Positions 1 through 12,100 of a stretch of DNA of 64,000 bases are shown one piece after another (positions within the stretch are counted from its first letter, which is position 1; every line of letters begins with the position of its first letter). Where the stretch lies: the NCBI RefSeq assembly GCF_006345805.1, contig NC_043011.1:55874464-55938463 (forward strand), in the 5' to 3' direction. Position numbers and translations under genes: made by a program. The DNA is from Octopus sinensis (taxonomy: Eukaryota). Under the pieces are notes generated by a model that saw nothing but the letters and a program-made list of their open reading frames with translations, was not told the origin of the DNA and searched no databases.

Positions 1-530
1 ATAAACTTAACAAGTAGTACCAATGAATAATTAATGAATATTTTATGAAATGATGCCCAATAGTTTTTTATGAGCCTTGAAAAATTAATGAGAATTCATT
101 TCATTGTATTTTTGTCTGAAAACCCTGTAGATGCATCATTTACAACAAAAATTCTCAACCAGGAGTAGATTTCCCTGCTGAGGTAAAAATTTATATGACA
201 AGGGGTAAATATATCATTCAATGTCATCACAGTGTGAGGTCCTAACCACCAGGCAATCACAGTATTATGCAAAACCTTAATAATACAGTTGTTTCATTAT
301 TTCTTCTGAATCTCTATGACGACTATACATCTTTTTCCAAGGATGATGGAACAAATGGTGAGATATCATTTAAGCTGAGCAGGTAAATGACTGAAGGAGG
401 GTTGATAAACACAAGGTTCGCTAGAAGTTGTTTATCAATCAATGCTAACTGTTTAGAAATTAAATTTGACTATTTTAAGAACAAAGTCTTTCAGCAGATT
501 TGTGTAAGAAATTGATACACTATTGAAAAA

Positions 531-839
531 TCATCATCATCATCATCATTTAGCGTCCACTTTCCATGCTAGCATGGGTTGGACGGTTCAACTGGGGTCT
601 GTGAAGCCAGAAGGCTGCATCAGGCCCAGTCTGATTTGGCAGTGTTTCTACGGCTGGATGCCCTTCCTAACGCCAACCACTCCGTGAGTGTAGTGGGTGC
701 TTTTTACATGCCACCCGCACAGGTGCCAGACGGAGCTGGAAAACGGCCACGGACAGATGGTGCTTTTTACGTGCCACCAGCACGGGGGCCAGGCGAGGCT
801 GGCAACGGCCACGAACGGATGGTGCTTTTTACGTGCCAC
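531..839 (-). mobile_element. Family C retroposon (RTE-type tail, (GAT)n)
   Basis: Nearly identical to 54622-55003 and 63511-63728, sharing the diagnostic tttagcgtcc and ggtctgtgaagcc variants. Confidence 0.9.
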
Positions 840-1339
840 AAATAAGTAATTAAAATTGGTTAAGGTTGATTTAATCAAAACAACAATAATTAAAAATCAA
901 CTTACTTCAATAGGTACTGTTACTGAACACATTGGAATATTGATATCGTTTTTTGATATTACTTTCAAATCCATCTCTAAAACATCCAAACTTGTGAATC
1001 CTAAAACCATAAAAAACAAAAAAAAAAAAATCAGTATCTAGATGAAAATGACGAAAAATTATCTGTCCACATTCACAAAATAAACTAAAAGGAAAATCTG
1101 AAAAGATGTAAAAGGGAGCTGAAAATTTGTATTCTCAACGAAAGCACTGAATTTGGAACAAACAATCAATTCTCAGCTCCTTTGCTAGAAAATGAGTTTG
1201 GTTTGGTTTACCAGTCATCTTCAATCCCATCAATGCTTTTTTTTGTTTCCTGAAACGGCAGCAAAAATACTTTAAAAAAAAAATTCTAAATATTTGATTG
1301 AAACAATTATATATACTTGAACAATAACCTAAACATAGG

Positions 1340-1872
1340 GAGATCACCCTTTATCAGCACCAGGTATGACAAGTGGCAGTGTTCCATATCAGATCACTGC
1401 AAAGTATCCTCGGTTTCATGTGGAAGGACAAGGTGCCTCATATTGAAATCCTCCCGAGGGTCAGGATCTACAGCATTGAGGCCTACAACCTATGTAGTCT
1501 TCTCCACTGGGTTGGCCATGTCATTTGGATGCTGGGTAATTGGCTCCCAAAGACGGTCCTCTTCAGTGAGATTAAGACTGGAAGTAGATCTTATGGATGT
1601 CTAAGACTTCGTTTTTATGAGCATCTCAAGTGATCTCTCATTTTATGCAGTGTCCACCACACCGCCCCCAATCAGTTGGAGCTCCTGGCTGTTAAATGGA
1701 AGGCATGGAGGAGCCTGTGTGATGCTGGAGTGGAATACTTTGAAACTGAATGCAAGAGTTTGTATGAAGAGAGAAGGAGATGTTGTCATCAACTGCCTTC
1801 AGCTGTTGTTTGGTGTCACTTTGGATAATAACGATAACAATAAATAATAACAATGAATAATAATAATAATAA
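1340..1872 (+). mobile_element. RTE-clade LINE 3' fragment
   Basis: FHIRSLQSILGFMWKDKVPHIEIL...LHWVGHVIWM..LPKTVLFSEI..RLRFYEHLK is a typical RTE ORF C-terminus. Ends in an (AAT)n tail. Confidence 0.8.
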
Positions 1873-2194
1873 TACAACACACATTCCGATGGTAAATGGT
1901 AAATCGATTACTTACCACTTATATCGTATTTAACAATATTGATTTGTTCAAAAACATCACAGCGATTGCAATTTGGTAGAATATTTTCCAAGCGCTGCAG
2001 TATTTCTTCATCTTTTGCAGTTCCACGTTTAGCTTCTTTACTCATATTTATAGTATCAAAAATAATGGTACCTAGAATTCATGGTCAAAATTGTAAAGTT
2101 CATTGGCTCTGATTAGATGGAGTGAATAAAATAGATTAAACATTTTTCAAAGTTTAAAATTATACTTTCGAAATTAAAATCATACAAATCTATG

Positions 2195-2450
2195 TATTTA
2201 TATGTGTAGGGAGAGTTTACAAAAAAAACAAAAGACGAAGACAGGTGATGTACAAAACAAACAGATGTATTAGTATAACGCTCAGGAATAGAAAAAAGTA
2301 TTTTATGTTTCGAGCCTATGCTTTTCTACAGAAAGGGACACAGAAAAAACAAGGAGAGAAAAAAATGTGTGTAGTGGTTATTGATCTATCATGGCGACTG
2401 ACCATATTTATAAATGTATTTATATATGATCCCAAAAGACATTGAACGAA
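2195..2450 (-). mobile_element. Decayed Penelope-like terminal fragment with a degenerate hammerhead (2301-2335)
   Basis: Minus strand reads CTTT-CTGTAGA-A-AAGC-atag-GCTC-GAAAC-ATA-AAA. Its 3' end resembles 39085-39127. Confidence 0.45.
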
Positions 2451-2599
2451 TTAAATACACAAATGGTGAGTCAATTTGATCCTTTGTTGGTGATCAGAAG
2501 TAAACAAACAGAAACTTTTATGCTTTTCTATACAAATGAGGTTGGTTGAATGGTCTCAATACACTGTGATTTGAATTACTGGAATTTGAAAGAACACAC

Positions 2600-2940
2600 G
2601 AACAAGAACAGTGCAGAGATGAGTAATTCCATTTGTCTAATACTCACGGACATGCTTACAACATCAAAAGACAACACAACACCCATGAGTTTCAGAGACA
2701 TTTTTTCATGCTCAGAATTGCTGAAGCATGGAATAAACTACCCACATCAGCTGTTAGCTGATGGAATACCTACATCCTTCAAAACTTCATGTTGCATCCC
2801 CACATTTTTTTTTCTAATGACTAATCCACTGTTCCCTTCCTATGCATATTCTATGTACTTTTCAGGCACCTTTGGCTACTTTTTCTGATGAGTTGTAATG
2901 CACCTCAACACTGCATACAATACATTCATTATTATCATAA
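2600..2940 (+). mobile_element. CR1/L2-like LINE 3' end, decayed
   Basis: NT(R)GHAYNIKRQ...RHFF..RIAEAWNKLP...SFK matches the CR1 TRGH..FF..R...WN.LP motif. Confidence 0.65.
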
Positions 2941-3902
2941 ATATCAAATTGTTTTATAGAAATGTCACAAAACCATTATTGCAATAAAACACTGACATGT
3001 TACACTTGGACTTCAAATCCTTGAGTTGAAAATCTTAATTGTTGAGAATGAGAAAGTTTATTTCACTATTCCTTGTCACAAAAGTTTATTTGGCTGAAAC
3101 TCAAAACTAATTATTTTCACAAGCTCAACCTAGGTAGTCTTCCAGGGCATGCCTTTCACCAGAGAAATACAATAACAATGGAACAAATTCTTCAGCCACA
3201 TTACTTCCACAATACTTCTAGTACAAACATAAAGAGAACACACTGAAAAAGTACATTCCAAAATTCTCTCATTGACTTACAAGAACCAAAAACAACAGAC
3301 TTGCCTTCTGTAGATTCTAATTGTAGTTGTGAAAACGTTTAGATGTGTGACATAAGATTTAATGTCTTCACTTGCTTACTAACTTCACAAGACATTATAA
3401 CTATTGATATATATATATATATAACTTCGATATATCAAGACAATAGGATTAGGGATTCATCTATTTTGGGGATCTTTTCTGACCTCATTTAATAAAAATC
3501 ATGAGAGCTGCTTTTCATTGAATTTGGAATAAGCAATCACCCAAGCTCTTTCTCTCGTAGCTTCTCAGAGAAATGCAAATGCTTGCCAGTGATTTTCCCT
3601 CTCATGTGATGCCCTGCAGCAAAAACAGAGTCCAGTTCTCTTAGTAATGAGTCTATGAACAAATCAACTTATAGATGGAGGTGGTATTTTTGTGTTGACA
3701 GCTCAATTTGCCCAGCAAAAAAACGGAACTTGCTACAACTGTAAAAAAACCCACAATGCCAACATCAGTAATCGTCTCTACATTGAAAAAGCTCCTATCT
3801 GCATATAAAAGGATATATATATATATATCCGTAAATATAAGAGAGTTAACGTTAAATAGGTCAACTCTAGTGCTAGAAATAGCTCTGTATTCTGGTATAG
3901 CC

Positions 3903-3948
<46 letters not shown>

Positions 3949-4026
3949 AAATCAACCATGTGATGAACAGGAAATCAACTGTTCACCACATAGTCAATTT
4001 CCAGTTCGCCATGCAGTATTTTCCAA

Positions 4027-4060
<34 letters not shown>

Positions 4061-4736
4061 ATATGACTATACTGACACTTGACTCAATTCAGATAGTCTC
4101 ATCAGTTTCATAGATGACATTTGCTAAATCCCTTGCTTCCAACATCTCTAATGTAGTTCATTCAAGAAGGCTGCCAGAAAAGCCAATGTGACACCACTAA
4201 GGGATATTGCTCTGTAGGATTAGATCCCACCATTACAGTGAGACTAACTAGAGACCATTTTTGGTGGTCATCTCACATGTTTCCCTGTCATTCAGAACCC
4301 CGACCACAAAATATAATGATTAGGTATGGAAATGACTCCAACAGGGCCAATGTTTCATCTGTAAAAAAACACAATGTGAAACATACACTAACAAGTTGGT
4401 AATTAGTAGAAATTTACAATAGTTTGAAGTGGCTGAAGACTTTTGTATGGTACTGTAATTAAGAACTAAAGGTCAACCAGGTTTGACCAATTGATGCTAC
4501 TCATCAAAAGCTCATATCAAATTACCAAACTGTCAAGTTGCTTTTGTCTCATCTGGAAATAGAGCTCCCACCTGGAAGAACAAGTGCTCCAGGAAAATCA
4601 ATCAAATCTGAATTCTACCAAAGAGAAATCCATTGAAGATTACTGTGAAACTGAATTGTTGAAAAATCTGGCCCAAGCAAGTTCAGGGCCCACAAATGGA
4701 TGTTCCATCAATAATTACTGCAGTGGTGTGTTGATT

Positions 4737-4970
4737 AAGGTGGTGAGCTGGCAGAAATGTTAGCGCGCCGGGCGAAATGTTTAGCGGTATTTCACCCGTC
4801 GCTACGTTCTGAGTTCAAATTCCGCCGAGGTCGACTTTGCCTTTCATCCTTTCGGGGTCGATTAAATAAGTACCAGTTATGCACTGGAGTCGATATAATC
4901 GACTTAATCCGTTTGCCTGTCCTTGTTTGTCCTCTCTGTGTTTAGCCCCTTGTGGGTAGTAAAGAAATAG
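4737..4970 (+). mobile_element. SINE family B, full length
   Basis: tRNA-like head with B-box gagttcaaattcc. Near-TSD ggtgtgttga/ggtatgttga. Confidence 0.85.
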
Positions 4971-5549
4971 GTATGTTGACAAATCATATTCAAACACAGA
5001 TGTAAGTGAAAGAAATCTGATATTGATCCAATTATTGAAGAGGAAACTACAGAAACACCACTTGGATTTCCTCATGATCCAACAAGGATTTAGAAAACAC
5101 AAGAATTTCATAACATCCACCGTCATTTGGGGGACAGTGGATGCTATAACATTGTTTTGGCTACTTTCAGTCCAAGTGTATTATGATAAGACTTTAGTTC
5201 AAGTCCAGCAGCCAATGCCATCTTATATTTGTGCTTCAAATAATGAAGTTGAGCATTCTAGCCGAATAAAAAGATTTGATTCTCAGCAACTGATTTTTGC
5301 CCCTACATTAGGTACGGTACATAAAAGTCAGTGTCCCTGAGAAGGGGCAGGAGAAGCACCTAATGTAACAAAGACTTACCAAGTGCAAAAGAGTAAAGCC
5401 ATAGTAATAGAGAAAGGAAGGGAAAGAGGTGGAAGGGCAGGTGAATATATATATACTGCTTTCAAGCAGATGACCCTTTCCTAGAAAAAGGATTCTTTGC
5501 AATACATCATTGTGGAATGTAGTTAGTTTTGTAATAGTATTTTAGCAAC

Positions 5550-5777
5550 TTAACCCTTTTGTTACCAACCCGGCTGAAAGCGGCTCTGGCTGAGAGTACA
5601 AATGTCTTGTTTCCATAAGTTTTGAATTCAAATCTTCCACCAAACCTTAGTCACAATTTATGTTCCTAACACTAGCTGAATGATAACTAAGTTGTTTTAC
5701 TAAATTCTTTGCTATATTTAAAGTAATTGAAAGAAAACCAGAGCACCTCAGCAGAAATATGGTAAGAAAAGGGTTAA
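5550..5777. mobile_element. piggyBac-type MITE, family 1
   Basis: TTAA|CCCTTTT..TTACCA ... TGGTAA..AAAAGGG|TTAA. A second copy lies at 48122-48350. Confidence 0.85.
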
Positions 5778-6414
5778 ACTTATAGAATAAAAAAGAATGG
5801 CAAAAAAAAAATGCAAATTTAATTTTTCTGTGAACAATTGCGCAAATATATCTTTAATATACTTCCCAAGATGCAATATTATTGAGAAGAAGGACTTTTA
5901 CATAAAAGAGTTAGAGTGTAGTGAACTGACTCAACGTTGTACAAGTTGTACTTATTTTATAAACAATGAAAAAAATATGTACATAAAAAAAATGAATATG
6001 TACCAAAGGGATAAAAGTAAAAAGAAGAAAAAAATCATCATCAACGACTATTACAACAACAACAACAATGACGAAAGGATTGTGTAAGATTAAAAGTGAA
6101 ACAAGTGAAGCAGAACAAAGCTGAATGACGAAACTGCAGCCTCCCATTTAAGAGAGACTGAATAGAGACTGTTTGAACAATAAATAGGACAGCAGCTGTC
6201 ATTGAGGATGATATAGAAAAAAAAAATATTATTTTTACAAAACCAACTTTTAGCCAAACTATCATCATCATCATCATCACTGAATGTCATTGTCCCATGC
6301 TAGTATGGGTTGTCCTGTGTTCCTGAGTTTCAAAAGTGTATCGACAAAGTAAACCAAATTTCACTTTGAAATAATCTACTGATAATGTAAAATTAAAAAA
6401 AAGCAAATACTCAC

Positions 6415-6530
6415 TGAACAAAAGAGCAGCCACCTTTTCATCAATTGTACTCGGCTGGTGACTGGTGAAGATTTGTTCTGCAATGAGTGTGCAACAAGAC
6501 CCAACTTGTTCTATGTTGACTTCACATCCA
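6415..6530 (-). CDS. prune: prune-like coding exon 4 (GCEVNIEQVGSCCTLIAEQIFTSHQPSTIDEKVAALLF)
   Basis: Matches PRUNE1 VELVGSCATLVTERIL...AALLH. 116 nt, phase 2/1, continuing exon 3 in frame. Acceptor tttgacag, donor GTGAGT. I found no further prune exon in 1-6414. Confidence 0.95.
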
Positions 6531-6639
6531 CTGTCAAACAGAAAAACAAACATCAGGAAAATATTGCTGTTGTCAAAGATTAATCAAAAACTTATTGCAC
6601 AACCATCATCATCATCATCATCATTATTATTGTTATTAT

Positions 6640-7080
6640 TAATCAACTTTTTCAAGTTTCACTTGAAAAGGAAGGTGAGAGTAGAGAGGGAAGTGCTGTC
6701 TGGTAGCAAATTTATTGAAAGCTGGATAAATGTCGCAAGAATGGCCAGTATGAAAGGAGCCATTCTGAGGATACACCTGTAAGAAAAAGGTATTACGAAA
6801 GGAGAAAGGGGCTCTCTACCCCGCTTTTGACCAGGCTCCCGTGGCTTTTATGGGTTTTTCCACCAGGAACCTTTCGAAGCACCTCCTCCTATTGGGAGTT
6901 TTCCATTGTTAAATATTTTCGTTGTTAAACTGTTTTTTACACGGATTTTCAAACGGGCAAAACCCTTTGTAACTTTCGTCCTGTGTTTTGTCCCTTTATG
7001 TTATAATTAATTTTTGTCAGCCCTTGTGGCCAATAAAAGAATTAATTATTATTATTATTGTTATTATTATCATCATTATT
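6640..7080 (+). mobile_element. Tx1/L1-like LINE 3' fragment
   Basis: INFFKFHLKRKVRVEREVLSGSKFIESW...LRIHL* followed by a 3' UTR ending agcccttgtggccaataaaagaa and (ATT)n. Confidence 0.5.
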
Positions 7081-7529
7081 ACCAATGTAAAGTCAAAACT
7101 GTTGGCTGGAGCAAGAAACAACCTAGTCTTTATTTTTGTAACACCTCTTCTTACATTAGAATGGCTGTTATTCTCTTCTCTGAGACCCCTTTGATGCTAT
7201 AATATACCACATTTCTGAATTATACAATCAATCAGAAATAGCTTAAGTGTCTCCACTACTACCACCACAACCACAAATCCTCCCAATCTACATAAAAATG
7301 GTTTCTTAATTATGATACAAATTCAAATCATTAAGTGCATTAAAGCAAAGACAAATATTAAGGTAAAAAAAATATATACACACTGACACACACATAACAC
7401 AAGAAAATACGAAGAAAGGAGTTGGAAGAAATTCCATTCGCTGCACCCAGTGTAAACTATGGACACGTAAGAGATACAGTGGAACCAGAGGTAGATTAAC
7501 AGATGAAGTAGTCTTTGTATTTGGCAGAT

Positions 7530-8776
7530 GTGCAGGAAGAATAAGCACTAAGAGTACATGGGACTTAGTTTCTCTCAAATGCCCAGGAGATTCTCTTGAG
7601 GTTGTAGAGAGTTTCTGTTACCTAGGTGACCAAGTTAGCAATGGTGAAGGATGCTCTGAAAGTATTGTTTCTAGAATAAGAATAGGATGGAGGAAGTTGA
7701 GAGAGCTTTTAGCTCTGTTGGCAACAAAAGGACTCTCTCTCTCTCTCTCAGAGTGAAAGGTAGACTGCATCATGCTTGTGTGCTAACAGCCATCATCATC
7801 ATCCTACGACCAACCATAGGTTGGTCGGAACTCCATTGAGAATCCCTTTCCACACTACACGGTCCTGCATTGCTATACTCGATGGTAGTGAGACATGGGC
7901 TCTGAATGCAAAAGACATGCATAGACTGGAGAGAAATAAAGGTAGTGCGTTCCACTGGGTATGCAACATCAGTGTGCATATACAACAAAGTGCAAATGTA
8001 TTGAGAGAAAAGCTGGGCATAAGAGGAATCAAATGTAGCATGCAAGAGAGAAGACTACATTGGTTTGGACATGTGATGTGTATGAACGAGGACAGCTGGA
8101 TAAAGAAGTGCTGGTCACTGAAAGTGGATGGTACCTGTGGAAGAGGGAGGTATGGAATGAAGTGGTAAGGACCAATCTCAGGATGTTGGACCTCACAGAG
8201 GAAATGATAATGGATTGAGATGTCTGGTGATATGAGGTTCTTGATTAGACCTGTCCACGTCACCAAAACTGAGTTCTAAAAGTGCTGTGTGTCCCAACTA
8301 CACTTAAAACTTCTCACACTCTACCACAACAAACCAAACTACATCTTTACTTCACATTTCCACTTCATGCACTGTGCATACCTCCTGCTCCCCAAACCTG
8401 TCCTCTTGGCCCTGTCCCACTGTATCATTGCTACCTGCTAGCCCCCAACCTGTGTGTTCCACCCACATGAAGAAAACTTTTCAAGTACCCTATTCCAACA
8501 AACCAATCTACATCTCTACACTTCCTCACGTTTCTTCCTTCATGCACCATGTCTACCCCTCACTCCCCAATCCTGTCCTCAAGACCCAGTTCCTCTCCTT
8601 CATTGCTATCAGGTAGCCCCACCCACTCTATATATACCCAGTTTTTACCTCTCACTTCCCCTCCACACTCTCTAATCACGCTTTTTGGCAATATCCTGCC
8701 TGGCCAGCTCCTGTCAAACCATCCCAACCATGCCAGCATGGAAGGCAGACTTTAAACAATGATGATGATGATGATA
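7530..8776 (+). mobile_element. RTE/RTE-X-like LINE 3' portion with a pyrimidine-rich duplicated 3' UTR and (GAT)n tail
   Basis: LEVVESFCYLGDQVS..GCSESIVSRIRIGWRKLRELL...GSETWALNAKD...QERRLHWFGHVM...CGRGR. A degenerate duplication of about 170 bp lies at 8327-8620. Confidence 0.85.
7791..7875 (-). mobile_element. Tiny 5'-truncated RTE 3' end nested in the opposite orientation within the LINE above
   Basis: Minus strand reads AMQDRVVWKGILNGVPTNLWLVVG* plus (GAT)n, with a 9-bp terminal hairpin cgaccaacc/ggttggtcg. Confidence 0.6.
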
Positions 8777-8825
8777 CACACCATACATACATCAAATATA
8801 AATAAATAAATAAATATATATATAT

Positions 8826-8963
8826 CTGTAAAATAATATGTGACAGTTATTCGGTTACTATAATAAAACTCCAAATAATTGTAACATAATATTTTACAGA
8901 TAAATTCCTCTATTTACATAATATCGAGGTCTCATTCATTCTTTTGCTGTCATACTATTACTA
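8826..8963. repeat. Short TA-flanked interspersed repeat (family D); second copy at 50522-50674
   Basis: Shared ctgtaaaataatatgtgaca.ttattcggt and acagataaat(t)tcctctatttacataatat.gaggtctc blocks, with TA runs at both ends. Confidence 0.7.

Positions 8964-8965
<2 letters not shown>

Positions 8966-9028
<63 letters not shown>
8966..9028. repeat. (TA)n microsatellite; similar tracts near 3907, 4027, 9916, 10673, 16485, 16843, 25947, 39618, 50857 and 63122, and (CA)/(TG) tracts near 10915, 16819, 29317, 52779 and 55491
   Basis: Seen directly. Confidence 0.97.
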
Positions 9029-9234
9029 TATGACTGGGTTCCAATCCAGGTCACAGCAACAAAGTCCACCCACCACACTTCTCGGTCAATGTCAACTTAC
9101 AATGGACAGCTGAAGAAGAAAAAGAATATATATATATAAATATGTGTGCACAAACATCATGCATACAATATATATATATATATATTCTGTTTTTTTCTTC
9201 AGCTGTCCATCATAAGTTGACATTAACAATTCTT

Positions 9235-9895
9235 GTTTGGTAATCATCTCTGGCAGGCTCACATGTGGGCTATAAGGCCTGCTCTTCATCTGCAGCAGCA
9301 ATGACACCTGTTGCAGGTGAAGCTGCTTGATGCAATGGAGTAGTGACGGCTCTTATGTGTTCTTTCATATTCTCTCTATTTTTCCTCAATGGCTGGAATT
9401 ATGAGCTTCAACAGATGGTGCCATTCCTCGTGCCATAGGGCCTTCTCCTCCCAAGTGTTTGGGAGATGCTAGAGTTCTTCATATGTCTTTTCAATAAATT
9501 CCCTGTATCACAACCTCTGTCCACCATGGTTTGGCCTGCTCTGATGCCATTTCAGTATAGAAAACTGCCTTTGGGAGTCCTCCATCCTGCAATTGTGTCC
9601 CATCCAGTGCAGATGAGGTAAAGAAGACCTCCACACAAGATGTGCCAGCAAAGCACAAGACCTCTACATCAGGAATGGCATTCTGCCATCTAATATACAA
9701 GATGAAGCCCAGATGACAAAGTTGTACTCAGATCAGGGCTTTGATGTGCCTGCAGTAGAAGGCCTTCTGTGCCACAGGGGAGGCAAGGGAGCATTGTGGC
9801 ACCACTCTACACCTGTATCTTCATGTTGCAGGCAATGTCATGGCAGCTCCATAAACACTTTTCAAAAGAGTCAAAAGCTTTTGTGGCAGACCACA
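9235..9895 (-). mobile_element. RTE (BovB-like) LINE 3' fragment, frameshifted
   Basis: KCLWSCHDIACNMKIQV...HIKAL...ILYIRWQNAIPDVEVL...LPKAVFYTEM and a C-terminal CNRC..H zinc-knuckle-like remnant. Confidence 0.75.
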
Positions 9896-9912
9896 TTCAC
9901 CTCACATCATAC

Positions 9913-9954
<42 letters not shown>

Positions 9955-10080
9955 AAATTTATAGGACTAACCAGTAAAAGTGGACAGTCTATATGCTAGA
10001 TATAGATGTCAAAATCGCTATTTTCCACGAAGAATGTGTTCTCAAGAAAAAACTCAGCAAAAAAAACAAAGTGTAAAAAT

Positions 10081-10375
10081 CATCATTATCATCATCATCG
10101 TTTAACGTCCGCTTTCCATGCTAGCATGTGTTGGACGGTTCAACTGGAGTCTGGGAAGCCAGAAGGCTGCATCAGGCTCCATTCTGATCTGGCTGAGTTT
10201 CTACAGCTGGATGCCCTTCCTAACGCCAACCACTCCATGAGTGTAGTGGGTGCTTTTTACATGCCACTGGCACAGGTGGCAGACAAGGCTGGCAAATGGC
10301 CACGATCGGATGGTGCTTTTTATGTGCCACCGGCACAGAGGCCAGTCAGGGTGGCGCTGGCTATGGCCACATTCG
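10081..10375 (-). mobile_element. Family C retroposon
   Basis: Core ctggatgcccttcctaacgccaaccact and (CAT)n on the plus strand. Confidence 0.88.
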
Positions 10376-10376
10376 G

Positions 10377-10590
10377 AATACAAGGAATATTCCCCCTCAT
10401 CAGCTGTCTCTAGTTCAACTCAATGCGTACATGCATTGAGTCGAACCAGGGGCAGCTGATGAAGGGGAATATTCCTTGTATTGTTTGTCTTGTACTCTGT
10501 TTTTCCGTTGTTAAAAAAAGTCCGTTTCCTTGTTTGTTTTTATGTTTTCGTTTCTCGTTGTGTTCTACGTTTATTTGTGGTGTCCTGCAC
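10377..10590 (+). mobile_element. Foldback (10377-10482) plus unduplicated tail, PLE-like architecture
   Basis: Roughly 52-bp arms around a palindromic centre. Each arm carries cagCTGATGA(A/G)GGGG-AATATT-CCTT, with no following GAAA. Confidence 0.5.
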
Positions 10591-10668
10591 TCATATATGC
10601 ATGTATATATACATATAGATGTAGGTATGTACATATATGTATGTATGCATATGTTTTATTTGTTAAAT

Positions 10669-10711
<43 letters not shown>

Positions 10712-12100
10712 GCACACACCTCATACATACAACATACATTAGACACACACACACACAGAGGCTTTCATCTATCCAGGTTGATAAAATAACACATTTTTTT
10801 ACTCTACAATCATCCTACAAATGTATGGCTTTGTATTAATGTAAGAAATCAATAGAATGAAATCAGTAAGTTTAAAGCTAAACCTAACGTGCATGGATAC
10901 ACGAAATGACATGAACACACACACACACACACACACACAGAGTTTATATACATCTTCAGAAGTACAAGGTGGAAAGTGGGGAGTGATTATTTTTGTTTCT
11001 ACCATTATGAATATAATCACAGCATTGTGAAACATTAAAAGAAATGTCTAACATTTTATAAAGAATCCATAGATGTTTACATTCAATGAAACTGTGAGAA
11101 GGGGAATTATTTTAATGAGATTATTTGAAATCTGCAAATAAGCAACAACTAAGCAACAGAAAAATAGAAAAGTTTCCTATAAAAATATTAGACATTGATG
11201 GAGTAATAAAAGACGGAATAAGCAATCTACTAAAAATTACTGTATCTTTTTCTAAGATTGAGTTTATTAAATCAAAACATGCTAAGATACTTCAAAAACA
11301 CTTCACTAAGCATTCGTTGTGTTTACACAAAAACAAGATTACAAAACAAAAATATTTTATCTGATACAGACAAAACAAAAGGCAACCTGAAATTAAAAAG
11401 TAACTCCTTATATCTTGTTATGAATTAGATTCTCATTGGAGGCAAATTTTCAACATAAAATAAATTATGATTGGGGGAGGAATAGTATGAAATAGCTAAA
11501 AGTTTCTCTTGCAGAATTTGAAGAATTGAAGAATTTTGAAAATTATTTCAGCTGAATTAATTCTTCAGTTGTCAATCTCTTAAGATGTTACAAAGGACTG
11601 ATACTAGTGATACTTTTACTGATACTAGTGTTCATGGTCCAATATTTTATTTTATCTTCTCTTAAAGGAATAACGACATTGTTCGCATATTGTTCAAGAC
11701 TTTACCTCAACAAACTTACATTTATTCTAATTTTGATGCCTAACAAGAAACAATATTTTTCCTTCACTATTTTTGAAAATGTTCTCTTTTTTCATGAACA
11801 ATATTACAAAAGTATTAAAAAATTTTTTTTTAAATACCACATACTTAATTTTATTCTAAATGACAAATTTCAAAAATAAGTGTTTATAATAATAGCATGT
11901 TTGATAAAATAATTAGATAAAGAAAATCATTAAACTAATTGTTTTTCTTAAAATAGAAAGCTCCATTACAAAGCTGGATAGGATGTCAGAATATTCAAAC
12001 TTAGGCAAGAAACGAAAACGGTGGGAGGGGTGGTGGAGAAAAATCATTTTTATTAGATTAATATTGGAGCTAAACATGTTTAAATTTTTTTTTTTATTTA

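Noticed and set aside
579-845. Recurrent ORFs containing LQLDALPNANHS..VVGAFY
   Set aside because: They are incidental frames of the family C repeat, vary between copies and have no splice or domain support.
2885-2915. CTGATGA in the CR1 tail
   Set aside because: No downstream GAAA or stems.
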